Shown here: one piece after another, positions 1 through 7,604 of the stretch
How positions within the stretch are numbered: the stretch's first letter is position 1
How the letters are laid out: every line of letters starts with the position of its first letter
Source of the DNA: a virus
Virus record (IMG/VR): IMGVR_UViG_3300042894_004766
Coordinates: 1 to 64,000 of that record
Direction: 5' to 3' (one strand)
Length of the DNA: 64,000 bases
Program-made: the position numbers and the translations under genes
Notes under the pieces: generated by a model
The model's database searches: none
Told to the model about the DNA's origin: nothing
Seen by the model: the letters and a program-made list of their open reading frames with translations, nothing else

Positions 1-4
1 TTTG

Positions 5-93
5 TAGTCTGTACGGGATTCGAACCCGCGTTACCTCCTTCGAAGGGAGACGTCCTGACCCACCGAGGTGAGTATCCACTAGACGAACAGACC
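5..93 (-). tRNA. tRNA-Glu-scaffold tRNA-like RNA; 7-nt loop CUUCGAA (UCG in the anticodon position); hairpin inserted in D-loop
   Basis: Reverse complement GGTCTGT TC GTCT AGTGG ATACTCACCTCGGTGGGTC AGGAC G TCTCC CTTCGAA GGAGG TAAC GCGGG TTCGAAT CCCGT ACAGACT A; no encoded CCA. Confidence 0.8.
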
Positions 94-182
94 GAAGTGT
101 CGTGTTTTGATTACACTAAAGATGAATTCTTGTATAAGAAGTACCAACTTGTCAACATTACAGAAATGACATTTACACTTAG

Positions 183-255
183 TAGCGGGAGAAGGACTCG
201 AACCTCCGACCTTATGGTTATGAGCCACACGAGCTACCTACTGCTCTATCCCGCG
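183..255 (-). tRNA. Initiator-type tRNA-Met (CAT)
   Basis: CGCGGGA...TGTGG CTCATAA CCATA...TCCCGCT A; 1-72 mismatch and A11-U24 typical of tRNA-fMet. Confidence 0.9.
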
Positions 256-260
256 ATATG

Positions 261-376
261 TAGTCTGTACGGGATTCGAACCCGCGTTCCTCTCTCGTGA
301 CTAAGAGAATGTCCTGTTTACCTTACTTTAATGCCGAAGCTTTTTGTTCAGTAAACATCCACTAGACGAACAGACC
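261..376 (-). tRNA. tRNA-Glu-scaffold tRNA-like RNA; long D-loop hairpin; 8-nt anticodon-position loop
   Basis: Same acceptor, T arm and D-stem as 5-93; D-loop insert TGTTTAC...GC TTCG GC...GTAAACA; arm TTCTCT TAGTCACG AGAGAG. Confidence 0.75.
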
Positions 377-411
377 GAAGAGTGTCGGAATTAAAACGCG
401 CAGCACTCTTA

Positions 412-455
412 TTTTGTTTGACAAAGATACGGTGACTTTTTTAATCTACCAAATC
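412..455 (-). promoter_or_regulatory. Bacteroidota primary-sigma promoter, 44-bp repeat copy 1
   Basis: GATTTGGTAGATTAAAAAAGTCACCGTATCTTTGTCAAACAAAA: TTTG (-33) and TATCTTTG (-7 TAnnTTTG). Confidence 0.85.
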
Positions 456-475
456 TTTTTTCATTTATTTTTTTG

Positions 476-573
476 TAGTCTGTACGGGATTCGAACCCGC
501 GTGTTCTCCTTAATTGCCGAACCGGCGAGAAGACATCCTATCTACCGAGGTAGCTCCACTAGATGAACAGACC
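476..573 (-). tRNA. tRNA-Glu-scaffold tRNA-like RNA; extra hairpin in anticodon arm; no canonical anticodon loop
   Basis: Same acceptor and T arm; D-loop insert CTACC TC GGTAG; arm TCTTCT C GCCG GTT CGGC AATTA AGGAGA. Confidence 0.75.
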
Positions 574-633
574 GAAGAGTTGTGCTTTCTTACACCACGA
601 AGCCGAGTATTTCACACGACGCCTACTCTTATT

Positions 634-677
634 TTTTGTTTGACAAAGATACGGTGACTTTTTTAATCTACCAAATC
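634..677 (-). promoter_or_regulatory. Bacteroidota sigma promoter, repeat copy 2
   Basis: Identical to 412-455. Confidence 0.85.
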
Positions 678-697
678 TTTTTTCAATTTTTTTTTTG

Positions 698-775
698 TGA
701 CCGAAGTTGGGTTCGAGCCAACAACTAGCGTTACTTCTATTTCAAGAATACTACTTTACATTAAGTTACCCGGCC
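698..775 (-). tRNA. Degenerate tRNA-like element, isotype unclear
   Basis: Acceptor GGCCGGG/TTCGGTC (three G-U pairs), D arm ACTT/AAGT, T arm GTTGG CTCGAAC CCAAC, irregular anticodon arm TTCT TGAAAT AGAA. Confidence 0.55.
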
Positions 776-779
776 TTAG

Positions 780-890
780 TAGTCTGTAAGGGATTCGAAC
801 CCATGTTTACAATCTCTCCATATACCAGGGCATAAAAGCGTGAGATTGTCGTCCTATTACCGAAGTAATATACCGCTAGACGAACAGACC
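780..890 (-). tRNA. tRNA-Glu-scaffold tRNA-like RNA; UUCG hairpin in D-loop; 8-bp arm closing a 25-nt loop
   Basis: GGTCTGT...TATTAC TTCG GTAATA GGAC G ACAATCTC[25 nt]GAGATTGT AAAC ATGGG TTCGAAT CCCTT ACAGACT A. Confidence 0.75.
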
Positions 891-897
891 ATTTTAT

Positions 898-941
898 TTT
901 TGTTTGACAAAGATACGGTGACTTTTTTAATCTACCAAATC
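898..941 (-). promoter_or_regulatory. Bacteroidota sigma promoter, repeat copy 3 (related copy at ~1106-1138)
   Basis: Identical to 412-455. Confidence 0.85.
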
Positions 942-1088
942 TTTTTCAGATTTTTTTAATTCTTTTTCTTGAAGTCTCAAAAGTTTACAAACTTCTGAAT
1001 AATGGTAGTAAACACCATCTTGACCTTGAACACCTGTTGCATTTTCTAAAATGAAATCTCCAATAGGTCTTTTTATTTCTTCTGTCAT
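927..1088 (-). CDS. Small hypothetical protein
   Basis: ORF; start moved to MTEEIK because a TATCTTTG promoter overlaps the upstream ATG. Confidence 0.55.
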   Translation of the reverse strand: MTEEIKRPIGDFILENATGVQGQDGVYYHYSEVCKLLRLQEKELKKSEKDLVD

Positions 1089-1153
1089 TATTTCTTTATT
1101 AGAGTACAAAGATACAAAAGTTTTTTAATCTACCAAATATTTTTCAGAATTTT

Positions 1154-1360
1154 TTATTTTAAATAATGTTTTTTAAAATTTGTTTGTTCTTTATTTAGAA
1201 TTATAATATATCTTGTGCCTCTAGAGGTCTTATATACCTGATACATTTCAGAGTTTATATAATAGATTTCATTTGTATAAGTAAGTCTTTGAATTCTTTT
1301 TTCTATAGAACAAGAAGTGGTTAATATTAATAATGCGAGGAGTGTGATTAAATGTTTCAT
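1154..1360 (-). CDS. Small lipoprotein
   Basis: Signal peptide with lipobox LTTS-C. Confidence 0.65.
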   Translation of the reverse strand: MKHLITLLALLILTTSCSIEKRIQRLTYTNEIYYINSEMYQVYKTSRGTRYIIILNKEQTNFKKHYLK

Positions 1361-1372
1361 CTAAATTACCAA

Positions 1373-1849
1373 TTATTTTTTTAAAATGTTTACAAAGTAA
1401 TCTTTATCTTTTTCAGTTAATGTATATAAGTAAGAACTTTGGTCATTTCCATTAATATATCTTATAGACTCTAATGTTTTTGTTTCTAAGAAAGCTACAT
1501 CAATTGCAGTTAATGGGAAAGTTACTTCAATTAAATCACATACTAGTTCATTATTCGCCAAAATTTTCATTTTCTTACCACCAACAAATGTGAATACTAA
1601 AATATCATTATTACTACATTTACCTATATTTAGTTTTAATGTTTTTAGATAACTCTTAACTAAAACCCCATCAAACTTTTTAAATGTTGGTAAAATAGCA
1701 AACCATTTATCTCTATCTTCATTTGAACATATCAACATTGGTGCGGATACTTCTTCTTCTCTTGGATTAGTATCAATTTTTGTGTTTTCAATTTGTGCAT
1801 TACTTATAAATGATAGAAGTAGTATTGCAATTGTTAGTAATTTTTTCAT
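1373..1849 (-). CDS. Secreted hypothetical protein
   Basis: Signal peptide ending SNA-Q (Bacteroidota-type). Confidence 0.7.
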   Translation of the reverse strand: MKKLLTIAILLLSFISNAQIENTKIDTNPREEEVSAPMLICSNEDRDKWFAILPTFKKFDGVLVKSYLKTLKLNIGKCSNNDILVFTFVGGKKMKILANNELVCDLIEVTFPLTAIDVAFLETKTLESIRYINGNDQSSYLYTLTEKDKDYFVNILKK

Positions 1850-1886
1850 CTTATTTGTTTTTTTATTATTTGTTTATATTATTTGA

Positions 1887-2951
1887 TTATCCTGAAATGT
1901 ATCTAAATAGTAGAAATAGTCCACAAGATAATGCAATTGTAACTGGTAGCGTAAGAATCCACGCAGATAGTATTGTTTTTATTGTTTTTGTTTTTAAATT
2001 ATTTACTCCTTTTGAAGCAACCATTGATCCTGCAATACCAGAACTTAGTATGTGTGTTGTTGATACTGGTAGTTTAAGTGCAGTTGATAACCCAATCGTA
2101 ATTGCAGCAACTAATTCAGAAGAAGCTCCTTGGGCATAGGTTAAATGTTGTTTACCTATTTTTTCTCCAATAGTAACTACAATTCTTTTCCATCCAATCA
2201 TTGTTCCTAATCCTAATGAAGTAGCAATCATCCACATAACCCACATTGGTGGATTCTCAACACTTTCTAATGTAAAGTAAGCTGGTAAGAAAGCTATAAG
2301 AATAATCATAGCTAAACCAACTCCTTTTTGGCCGTCATTTCTTCCGTGAAAGAATGATACTAATGTACAAGTTGATATAAGTGTTGCTCTAATCCAAAAA
2401 GGAGGTGGTGTATCGCCTTTAGGTTCTTCAAATACATCTTTTCTTTTAATAACTTTGTTTAGAAACCACATTAAAAGTATAACCATAGTGAATCCTAATA
2501 AAGGTGAGAAAAATAGAGCTTTTCCTATATCAATAATTTTATCCCAATTTGTGTAATCTACTCCTGTTATAATAGAATAACCAACACTTACTCCTATAAT
2601 TGAACCAATTAAGGTATGAGAAGAAGAAGCTGGAATTCCTTTGTACCAAGTTGCTAAATTCCAAAAAATTGCAGTTATAAGAACTGACATAACCATTCCC
2701 ATCGAGTGATAGATGTTGGTATCTGTAAGTAATTCTTTAGGAATAAGTGTTACAATACTTAAAGCAACACCTACTCCACCCGTGATAAGACCAAGAAAAT
2801 TCATAATTCCTGACCAAACAACTGCTTGTTTAGGCTTTAAAGACTTTGTATAGATTACAGTGGCAACTGCATTTGCAGTATCATGAAATCCATTAACGAA
2901 TTCAAAGATACAAACCGCCAGTAAAGCTAAAATTAGCAAAGTTGTTAACAT
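1887..2951 (-). CDS. pitA: Inorganic phosphate transporter (PiT/PHO4 family)
   Basis: NGFHDTANAVAT, PASSSH, HGRNDGQK and PVSTTH motifs. Confidence 0.93.
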   Translation of the reverse strand: MLTTLLILALLAVCIFEFVNGFHDTANAVATVIYTKSLKPKQAVVWSGIMNFLGLITGGVGVALSIVTLIPKELLTDTNIYHSMGMVMSVLITAIFWNLATWYKGIPASSSHTLIGSIIGVSVGYSIITGVDYTNWDKIIDIGKALFFSPLLGFTMVILLMWFLNKVIKRKDVFEEPKGDTPPPFWIRATLISTCTLVSFFHGRNDGQKGVGLAMIILIAFLPAYFTLESVENPPMWVMWMIATSLGLGTMIGWKRIVVTIGEKIGKQHLTYAQGASSELVAAITIGLSTALKLPVSTTHILSSGIAGSMVASKGVNNLKTKTIKTILSAWILTLPVTIALSCGLFLLFRYISG

Positions 2952-3001
2952 AAAGTTATTTTTTAATGTATAGTTTTTAAAATTAAAAAGTTTAAAAAGT
3001 A

Positions 3002-3188
3002 AGTGAGCTTAGCCGCGATTTTGTTTTATCCTATCATTTATCTTTGCATCAACCCGTTCTCATAGGGAAACCGACACCCTCAAACTGTTTGACTTGCTAC
3101 TTCCTTAGTACAATCGACGTTAGTCTCCTAAGTTAGGTTTTGTAGTCGCGAACTTCCTCTGTTTCCAGCGATAGGTTCTCTGCTTACT
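3002..3188 (-). ncRNA. rnpB: Minimal RNase P RNA (catalytic domain; highly reduced specificity domain)
   Basis: P1 AGTAAGC/GCTCACT, P2 CCTATC/GATAGG, P3 CTG GAAA CAG, P4 GAGGAAGTTCGCGA / AACAAAATCGCGGCT with bulged U, P5 CTAC/GTAG, P6 AAACC/GGTTT, AGCAAG and AGATAAATGAT conserved segments; TATATTTG promoter at ~3207-3214. Confidence 0.85.
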
Positions 3189-3254
3189 AAGCTATTTTTA
3201 ATTTTTACAAATATACTAATTTTTTATTTAATATATAAAAGAAAAAATATAATT

Positions 3255-3677
3255 ATGAAAAAAATATTTAATACTTTTATAACAAACAAGTGGCATTTAC
3301 ACTCTTTAACATTACCTGCTTGTATATTGTGGGTATGGTTAATGGTTACTTATGACTTTTTAGATTTAAGAGATACTGGAAAATTCTTTCATGTATTTCT
3401 TTGTACATTTTCATCTGCTGCAGTAGCATTTGTAGTTGAATGGATACAAGGTGTATTCTTTGGTGCGAATAAAACACCTGAGCAGGTAAAAGCTAGTAAC
3501 TTAGATATGTTGGTTTCTACAGTTGCAGGTTTTGTTGGTGCTTTATCGGCAGTTATTTTCCCACCTTCTACCACACTTGCTTGGTTATCTTTAGTTATAA
3601 TTACTTTATTGGAGTTATATAGAAGAAAGTTTATTTTAAAGAAGAAAATTTTAAATGTTAAAGACATTAAGTTCTAA
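3255..3677 (+). CDS. Membrane protein (about 4 TM helices)
   Basis: Hydrophobic segments; AATATATA motif upstream. Confidence 0.7.
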   Translation: MKKIFNTFITNKWHLHSLTLPACILWVWLMVTYDFLDLRDTGKFFHVFLCTFSSAAVAFVVEWIQGVFFGANKTPEQVKASNLDMLVSTVAGFVGALSAVIFPPSTTLAWLSLVIITLLELYRRKFILKKKILNVKDIKF

Positions 3678-3707
3678 AAAAAACCCACTCATTTGAGTGG
3701 GTTTTTT
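3677..3707. terminator. Bidirectional intrinsic terminator (ACCACTC/GAGTGGT family; relatives at ~7047-7078, 23406-23430, 33128-33152, 43644-43674)
   Basis: A-tract, CCCACTC ATTT GAGTGGG, T-tract between convergent genes. Confidence 0.85.
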
Positions 3708-3708
3708 A

Positions 3709-3918
3709 TTATCCTCCATATGCTTCGATTATATAACCATGTCTAACTCTAAAGTTTATTCTATTAGGATTAGCATCCATATCTAACATTTTTGCTTGAC
3801 CATTTTCTTCTGTTATTCTTACTGTAAATCCACCATCTTGTGCATACTGTGTTGCTTCTTCGATAGTTTTACCCTCATACTCTCCTTGAGTAATTAAGCC
3901 AAAATTTCTTAATGCCAT
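3709..3918 (-). CDS. Putative I78/I13-type protease inhibitor-like protein
   Basis: MLDMDANPNRINFRVRHGYIIEAYGG resembles the TMDYRPDRLN...G pattern. Confidence 0.5.
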   Translation of the reverse strand: MALRNFGLITQGEYEGKTIEEATQYAQDGGFTVRITEENGQAKMLDMDANPNRINFRVRHGYIIEAYGG

Positions 3919-3981
3919 AATTTTATTTTTTATTTTATACAAAAAAAGATAAACAAAGTTTATCTTTTATAATTTGTGTTT

Positions 3982-4821
3982 CTATCTTTTAAATTCATCA
4001 AATTTTAAAAGTTTTGACTCAACTACTACTTCTTTCGCAGTTGTACCACCTCTTCTTTCCATTGCTTTCCATTTCTTATCTAAGAAAGCTAACTTAGCTT
4101 TATCGATTTTGCAGTTTCTATCTGAAATGTTTCCTTCGTTGAAAAGTGCAATCATTTCATCAATACTTAATGTAGGGTGTTTTTTATCAAACAATGGATC
4201 TGGATGTGACCAACCAAATTTAAGTAACCAGTTTAACATAGCAGCCTTACTGAAGTCTTTGTAGTCTTCTGTTGTACCGTTACCTTTTCTCTTAGATAAT
4301 TTAGCATTACCTTCAAAAAGTAAACCAGCATGTGTAATAACTGGAAATGGTTTGTCTCCTTCAACTTCACAAATCTTATCCCAGATTAAGTGTTGTTTTA
4401 CCTCATTTGCAATGTGGTCAACACCTCTGATGATGTTAGTTACATCATAATCATAATCATCTAAGATTGAACAAAAGTTATAAGTAGGAAATCCGTTATT
4501 TCTAAGGATAACCATTGAGTACTCTCCCATATCTAACTCGTAACCATTCTCAGTTTTAGTACCGATTTTTTCAGCTACTTCTTTATAACGGTCTAATCTT
4601 TCGGACTGTCTGAATGTGATGTCATGATCTAATCCAAACTCTGCCATTTGATCATAGATATAGTCAATCCATTCTGGTTTATTTCTTTCTTGATCGGTAT
4701 CATCAATTCTTAAAATGAATGTACCGTTATTAGCTCTTGCTTGAAGCCAAGCAAGTAATGCTGTACGTAAGGTTCCTAAATGAAAGAATCCAGTTGGAGA
4801 GGGTGCTACTCTTGTTACCAT
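3982..4821 (-). CDS. Truncated glutamyl-tRNA synthetase-like protein (catalytic and SC-fold domains only)
   Basis: RVAPSPTG-HLGT, RIDDTD, RQSER, IIRGVDH, KLSKR, FGWS; 279 aa, no anticodon-binding domains. Confidence 0.9.
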   Translation of the reverse strand: MVTRVAPSPTGFFHLGTLRTALLAWLQARANNGTFILRIDDTDQERNKPEWIDYIYDQMAEFGLDHDITFRQSERLDRYKEVAEKIGTKTENGYELDMGEYSMVILRNNGFPTYNFCSILDDYDYDVTNIIRGVDHIANEVKQHLIWDKICEVEGDKPFPVITHAGLLFEGNAKLSKRKGNGTTEDYKDFSKAAMLNWLLKFGWSHPDPLFDKKHPTLSIDEMIALFNEGNISDRNCKIDKAKLAFLDKKWKAMERRGGTTAKEVVVESKLLKFDEFKR

Positions 4822-4982
4822 ATTATATTTTTTCTTTTGTTTATATATTTAATTTCTTTTACAAAAATATGTCATTTAATTCATATAACCAAACTTACTA
4901 TCCAAGTTTTTGTTATTTTTAATTCTTATAAATTACGGTTTTGATTATAGAATAATAATATATACTTAAAAATATTTTTTTT

Positions 4983-7043
4983 ATGAAGAAATTAAAACTT
5001 TATGAGTTATTTACTGGAGAAGAAGGTGAACAACAAAAGACTAAAAAGAAAACTCCGTTCTTAGACGCATATGGTGTTGATATGACTAAACTTGCAGAAG
5101 ATGATAAACTTGACCCTGTAATAGGTAGACAAAAAGAAATCGACCAAGTTATATGGATTTTATCTAGAAAGAATAAAAACAATCCAGTTATTATTGGTGA
5201 ACCAGGTGTTGGTAAAACTGCAATTATCGAAGGTATTGCAAGACTTATGGTAACAGAAGATTGTCCAGAAGCATTAGAAGGCAAAAGAATTGTATCTGTT
5301 GACATGGGTACTATTATGGCTGGACAAGGTGGTTTAGAAGCTAAAGTAAAAGCTTTAATGGATGAACTTAATGATAATCCAGAAATTATTCTTTTTATTG
5401 ATGAGATTCACTTAATGGTAAATAAAGGTGTGCCGATTGATATGGCAAACCAAATCAAACCAGCTCTAGCAAGAGGTCAAATGCGTTTAATTGGAGCAAC
5501 TACGAATAATGAATTTAGAAATTCTATTGAAAAAGATGGTGCTTTAGAAAGAAGATTTCAAAAAGTAAATGTTGAAGAGCCATCTATTGAAGATACAATT
5601 GAAATTTTAATGAAAATTAAAAATAAATATGAAGACTTTCATAAAGTTTCATATAATGATGATGCTATTGAAGCTTGTGTTACCCTATCAGGTAGATTTA
5701 TTTCAGACAGATACTTTCCAGATAAAGCAATTGATTTAATGGATGAAGTTGGTGCAAAAATGAGAATCTCTGCTAAGAAAAATACTCCTGCAGAACTTAT
5801 AGAAATAGAAAAAGAATTATCTGAGATAAGATTACAAAAAACAGAATTTTTAAAAGCACAAAAATATCAGGAAGCTGGTGATTTAAGACCAAGAGAAAAT
5901 GAATTAGTTATTAAAGCTATTGAAATTAAGAAAGCCGCAAAAGATATGCCAAGAATTACAATTACTAAAGAAGATGTTGAAAAAATACTTTCTTTAAAAA
6001 CTGGTATTCCTACACAAGTAACTGGTGATGAAGGTAAAAGACTTTTAGGATTAGAAGGTGAATTAAAAATGCAAATTATCGGACAAGATGAAGCTGTTAC
6101 AAAAATTGCAAAATCTATTAGAAGAAACAGAGCAGGTTTAAAAGATCCTAATAGACCAGCCGGTGTATTTCTTTTCTTAGGTTCTACTGGTACTGGTAAA
6201 ACACATACTGTAAAAACATTGGCAAAGAATGTATTTGGTACAGAAGACGCAATGATTAGAGTTGATATGTCAGAATATGCTGAGAAACATAATGTTGCTA
6301 GAATGATTGGTTCTCCTCCGGGATATGTAGGATATGGTGAAGGTGGTCAATTGACTGAAAAAGTAAGAAGAAAACCTTATTGTATTATATTATTTGATGA
6401 GTTAGAGAAAGCACACCCTAGTGTAATGGATATCATGTTGCAGATTTTTGATGATGGTCACTTAACAGATGGTGAAGGAAGAAAAGTAGATTTTAGAAAT
6501 ACTATTATTGTTATGACTTCTAACATTGGTGCAAGTGCGGTTAATCAAATGGTAACACCTGTTGGATTTGGTGCAGATAAGCCAATGGTTAAAGAAGAGA
6601 ATGCTAAAGCTATAATTAAAGCTGAGTTAAGTAAAAGATTAAAACCTGAGTTTATCAATAGAATTGATGAAATTATTATATTCTCTTCTTTATCAAAAGA
6701 AAATATTTATAAAATCATTGATATTGAAATTAAAAAGGTTGAGAGTAAACTAAAAGCGATGAATTTATCATTAGAAATTACAACTGCTTTTAAAGATTTA
6801 TTGATTGATAAAGGATATGATGAAAAGATGGGTGCTCGTCCATTAAAAAGAGCAATTCAGCATTACTTAGAAGATCCACTTTCAGATGAGATATTAGGTG
6901 GTGAATTAGAAGGAAATGTTGTAGTTGATTATGATCCATCATCTAATAAAATTTTACTTAATGGGAAACCATTTGATGTAAATGAAAGTAAAAGTTTCAA
7001 ATATCTTAAACCATTAAATGAGTTTTTAAAAAAGAATAGATAA
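4983..7043 (+). CDS. clpC: ClpC-like AAA+ ATPase lacking the N-terminal repeat domain
   Basis: GEPGVGKT, LFIDEIH, ALERRFQ, UVR-like QKYQEAGDLR, GSTGTGKT, GSPPGYVG, GARPLKR. Confidence 0.92.
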   Translation: MKKLKLYELFTGEEGEQQKTKKKTPFLDAYGVDMTKLAEDDKLDPVIGRQKEIDQVIWILSRKNKNNPVIIGEPGVGKTAIIEGIARLMVTEDCPEALEGKRIVSVDMGTIMAGQGGLEAKVKALMDELNDNPEIILFIDEIHLMVNKGVPIDMANQIKPALARGQMRLIGATTNNEFRNSIEKDGALERRFQKVNVEEPSIEDTIEILMKIKNKYEDFHKVSYNDDAIEACVTLSGRFISDRYFPDKAIDLMDEVGAKMRISAKKNTPAELIEIEKELSEIRLQKTEFLKAQKYQEAGDLRPRENELVIKAIEIKKAAKDMPRITITKEDVEKILSLKTGIPTQVTGDEGKRLLGLEGELKMQIIGQDEAVTKIAKSIRRNRAGLKDPNRPAGVFLFLGSTGTGKTHTVKTLAKNVFGTEDAMIRVDMSEYAEKHNVARMIGSPPGYVGYGEGGQLTEKVRRKPYCIILFDELEKAHPSVMDIMLQIFDDGHLTDGEGRKVDFRNTIIVMTSNIGASAVNQMVTPVGFGADKPMVKEENAKAIIKAELSKRLKPEFINRIDEIIIFSSLSKENIYKIIDIEIKKVESKLKAMNLSLEITTAFKDLLIDKGYDEKMGARPLKRAIQHYLEDPLSDEILGGELEGNVVVDYDPSSNKILLNGKPFDVNESKSFKYLKPLNEFLKKNR

Positions 7044-7077
7044 ATAAAAAAACCACTCAAATGAGTGGTTTTCTTTT

Positions 7078-7494
7078 TTATGATTTGTAGAAATCTCCTT
7101 TTTCTTCTACGTATTTCAATCTTGCTTCTTCAGCTTGAGATCTTAGTTTAACATATTCTTTTCTAAGTAATTGAATTTGTTTTTCTTTTTGACTTGTTTC
7201 TAATACAACTTTGAAATCGATAACATTTTTAAGTTTTAAGTACCAGAAGAAGTTATTGATTGACTTTTGTCCGGTTTTTTTACCAACAAGAAATAATCGT
7301 CTTGCTAACTTTTTCTTTCCAGTTTGTGTTAAGTGATCAATCTTAAAGTTTATCCACTCTAAGTGTTCGTTTACTTCACCGTCAACTTTTATTACATATT
7401 TTTTATCAATTGCAACTTGTGTTGCTTTTACCATTAGATTTTTCAAGTTTACATCTAATTCATTTACTCCTGTGTTTGTTTGTTTTGTGTCCAT
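7078..7494 (-). CDS. Hypothetical protein with basic C-terminal coiled coil
   Basis: 138-aa ORF followed by a terminator. Confidence 0.7.
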   Translation of the reverse strand: MDTKQTNTGVNELDVNLKNLMVKATQVAIDKKYVIKVDGEVNEHLEWINFKIDHLTQTGKKKLARRLFLVGKKTGQKSINNFFWYLKLKNVIDFKVVLETSQKEKQIQLLRKEYVKLRSQAEEARLKYVEEKGDFYKS

Positions 7495-7551
7495 TTTTTT
7501 AATATTTTTTTTAGTTATTTTTTAATAATTTTAATCTTCTAAGTTAAAATA

Positions 7552-7584
7552 TTAAGTTGGACCTCTGATTACAATCTATCTCAT
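7552..7584 (-). CDS. Putative amber-containing leader peptide M-R-(TAG)-I-V-I-R-G-P-T
   Basis: AAATAAATAAACAAC ATG AGA TAG ATT GTA ATC AGA GGT CCA ACT TAA; same ATG-NNN-TAG-ATT context as 9508-9519. Confidence 0.55.
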
Positions 7585-7604
7585 GTTGTTTATTTATTTT
7601 TTGT

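Noticed and set aside
97-300. 67-aa ORF on the + strand
   Set aside because: Antisense to tRNA genes; a typical tRNA shadow translation.
5-890. Self-splicing or archaeal-type tRNA introns
   Set aside because: Insertions are far too short for group I introns and no bulge-helix-bulge motif was evident. Splicing is not formally excluded.
5-941. CRISPR array
   Set aside because: The repeats are tRNA arms and promoters with irregular spacing, and no cas genes are in the window.
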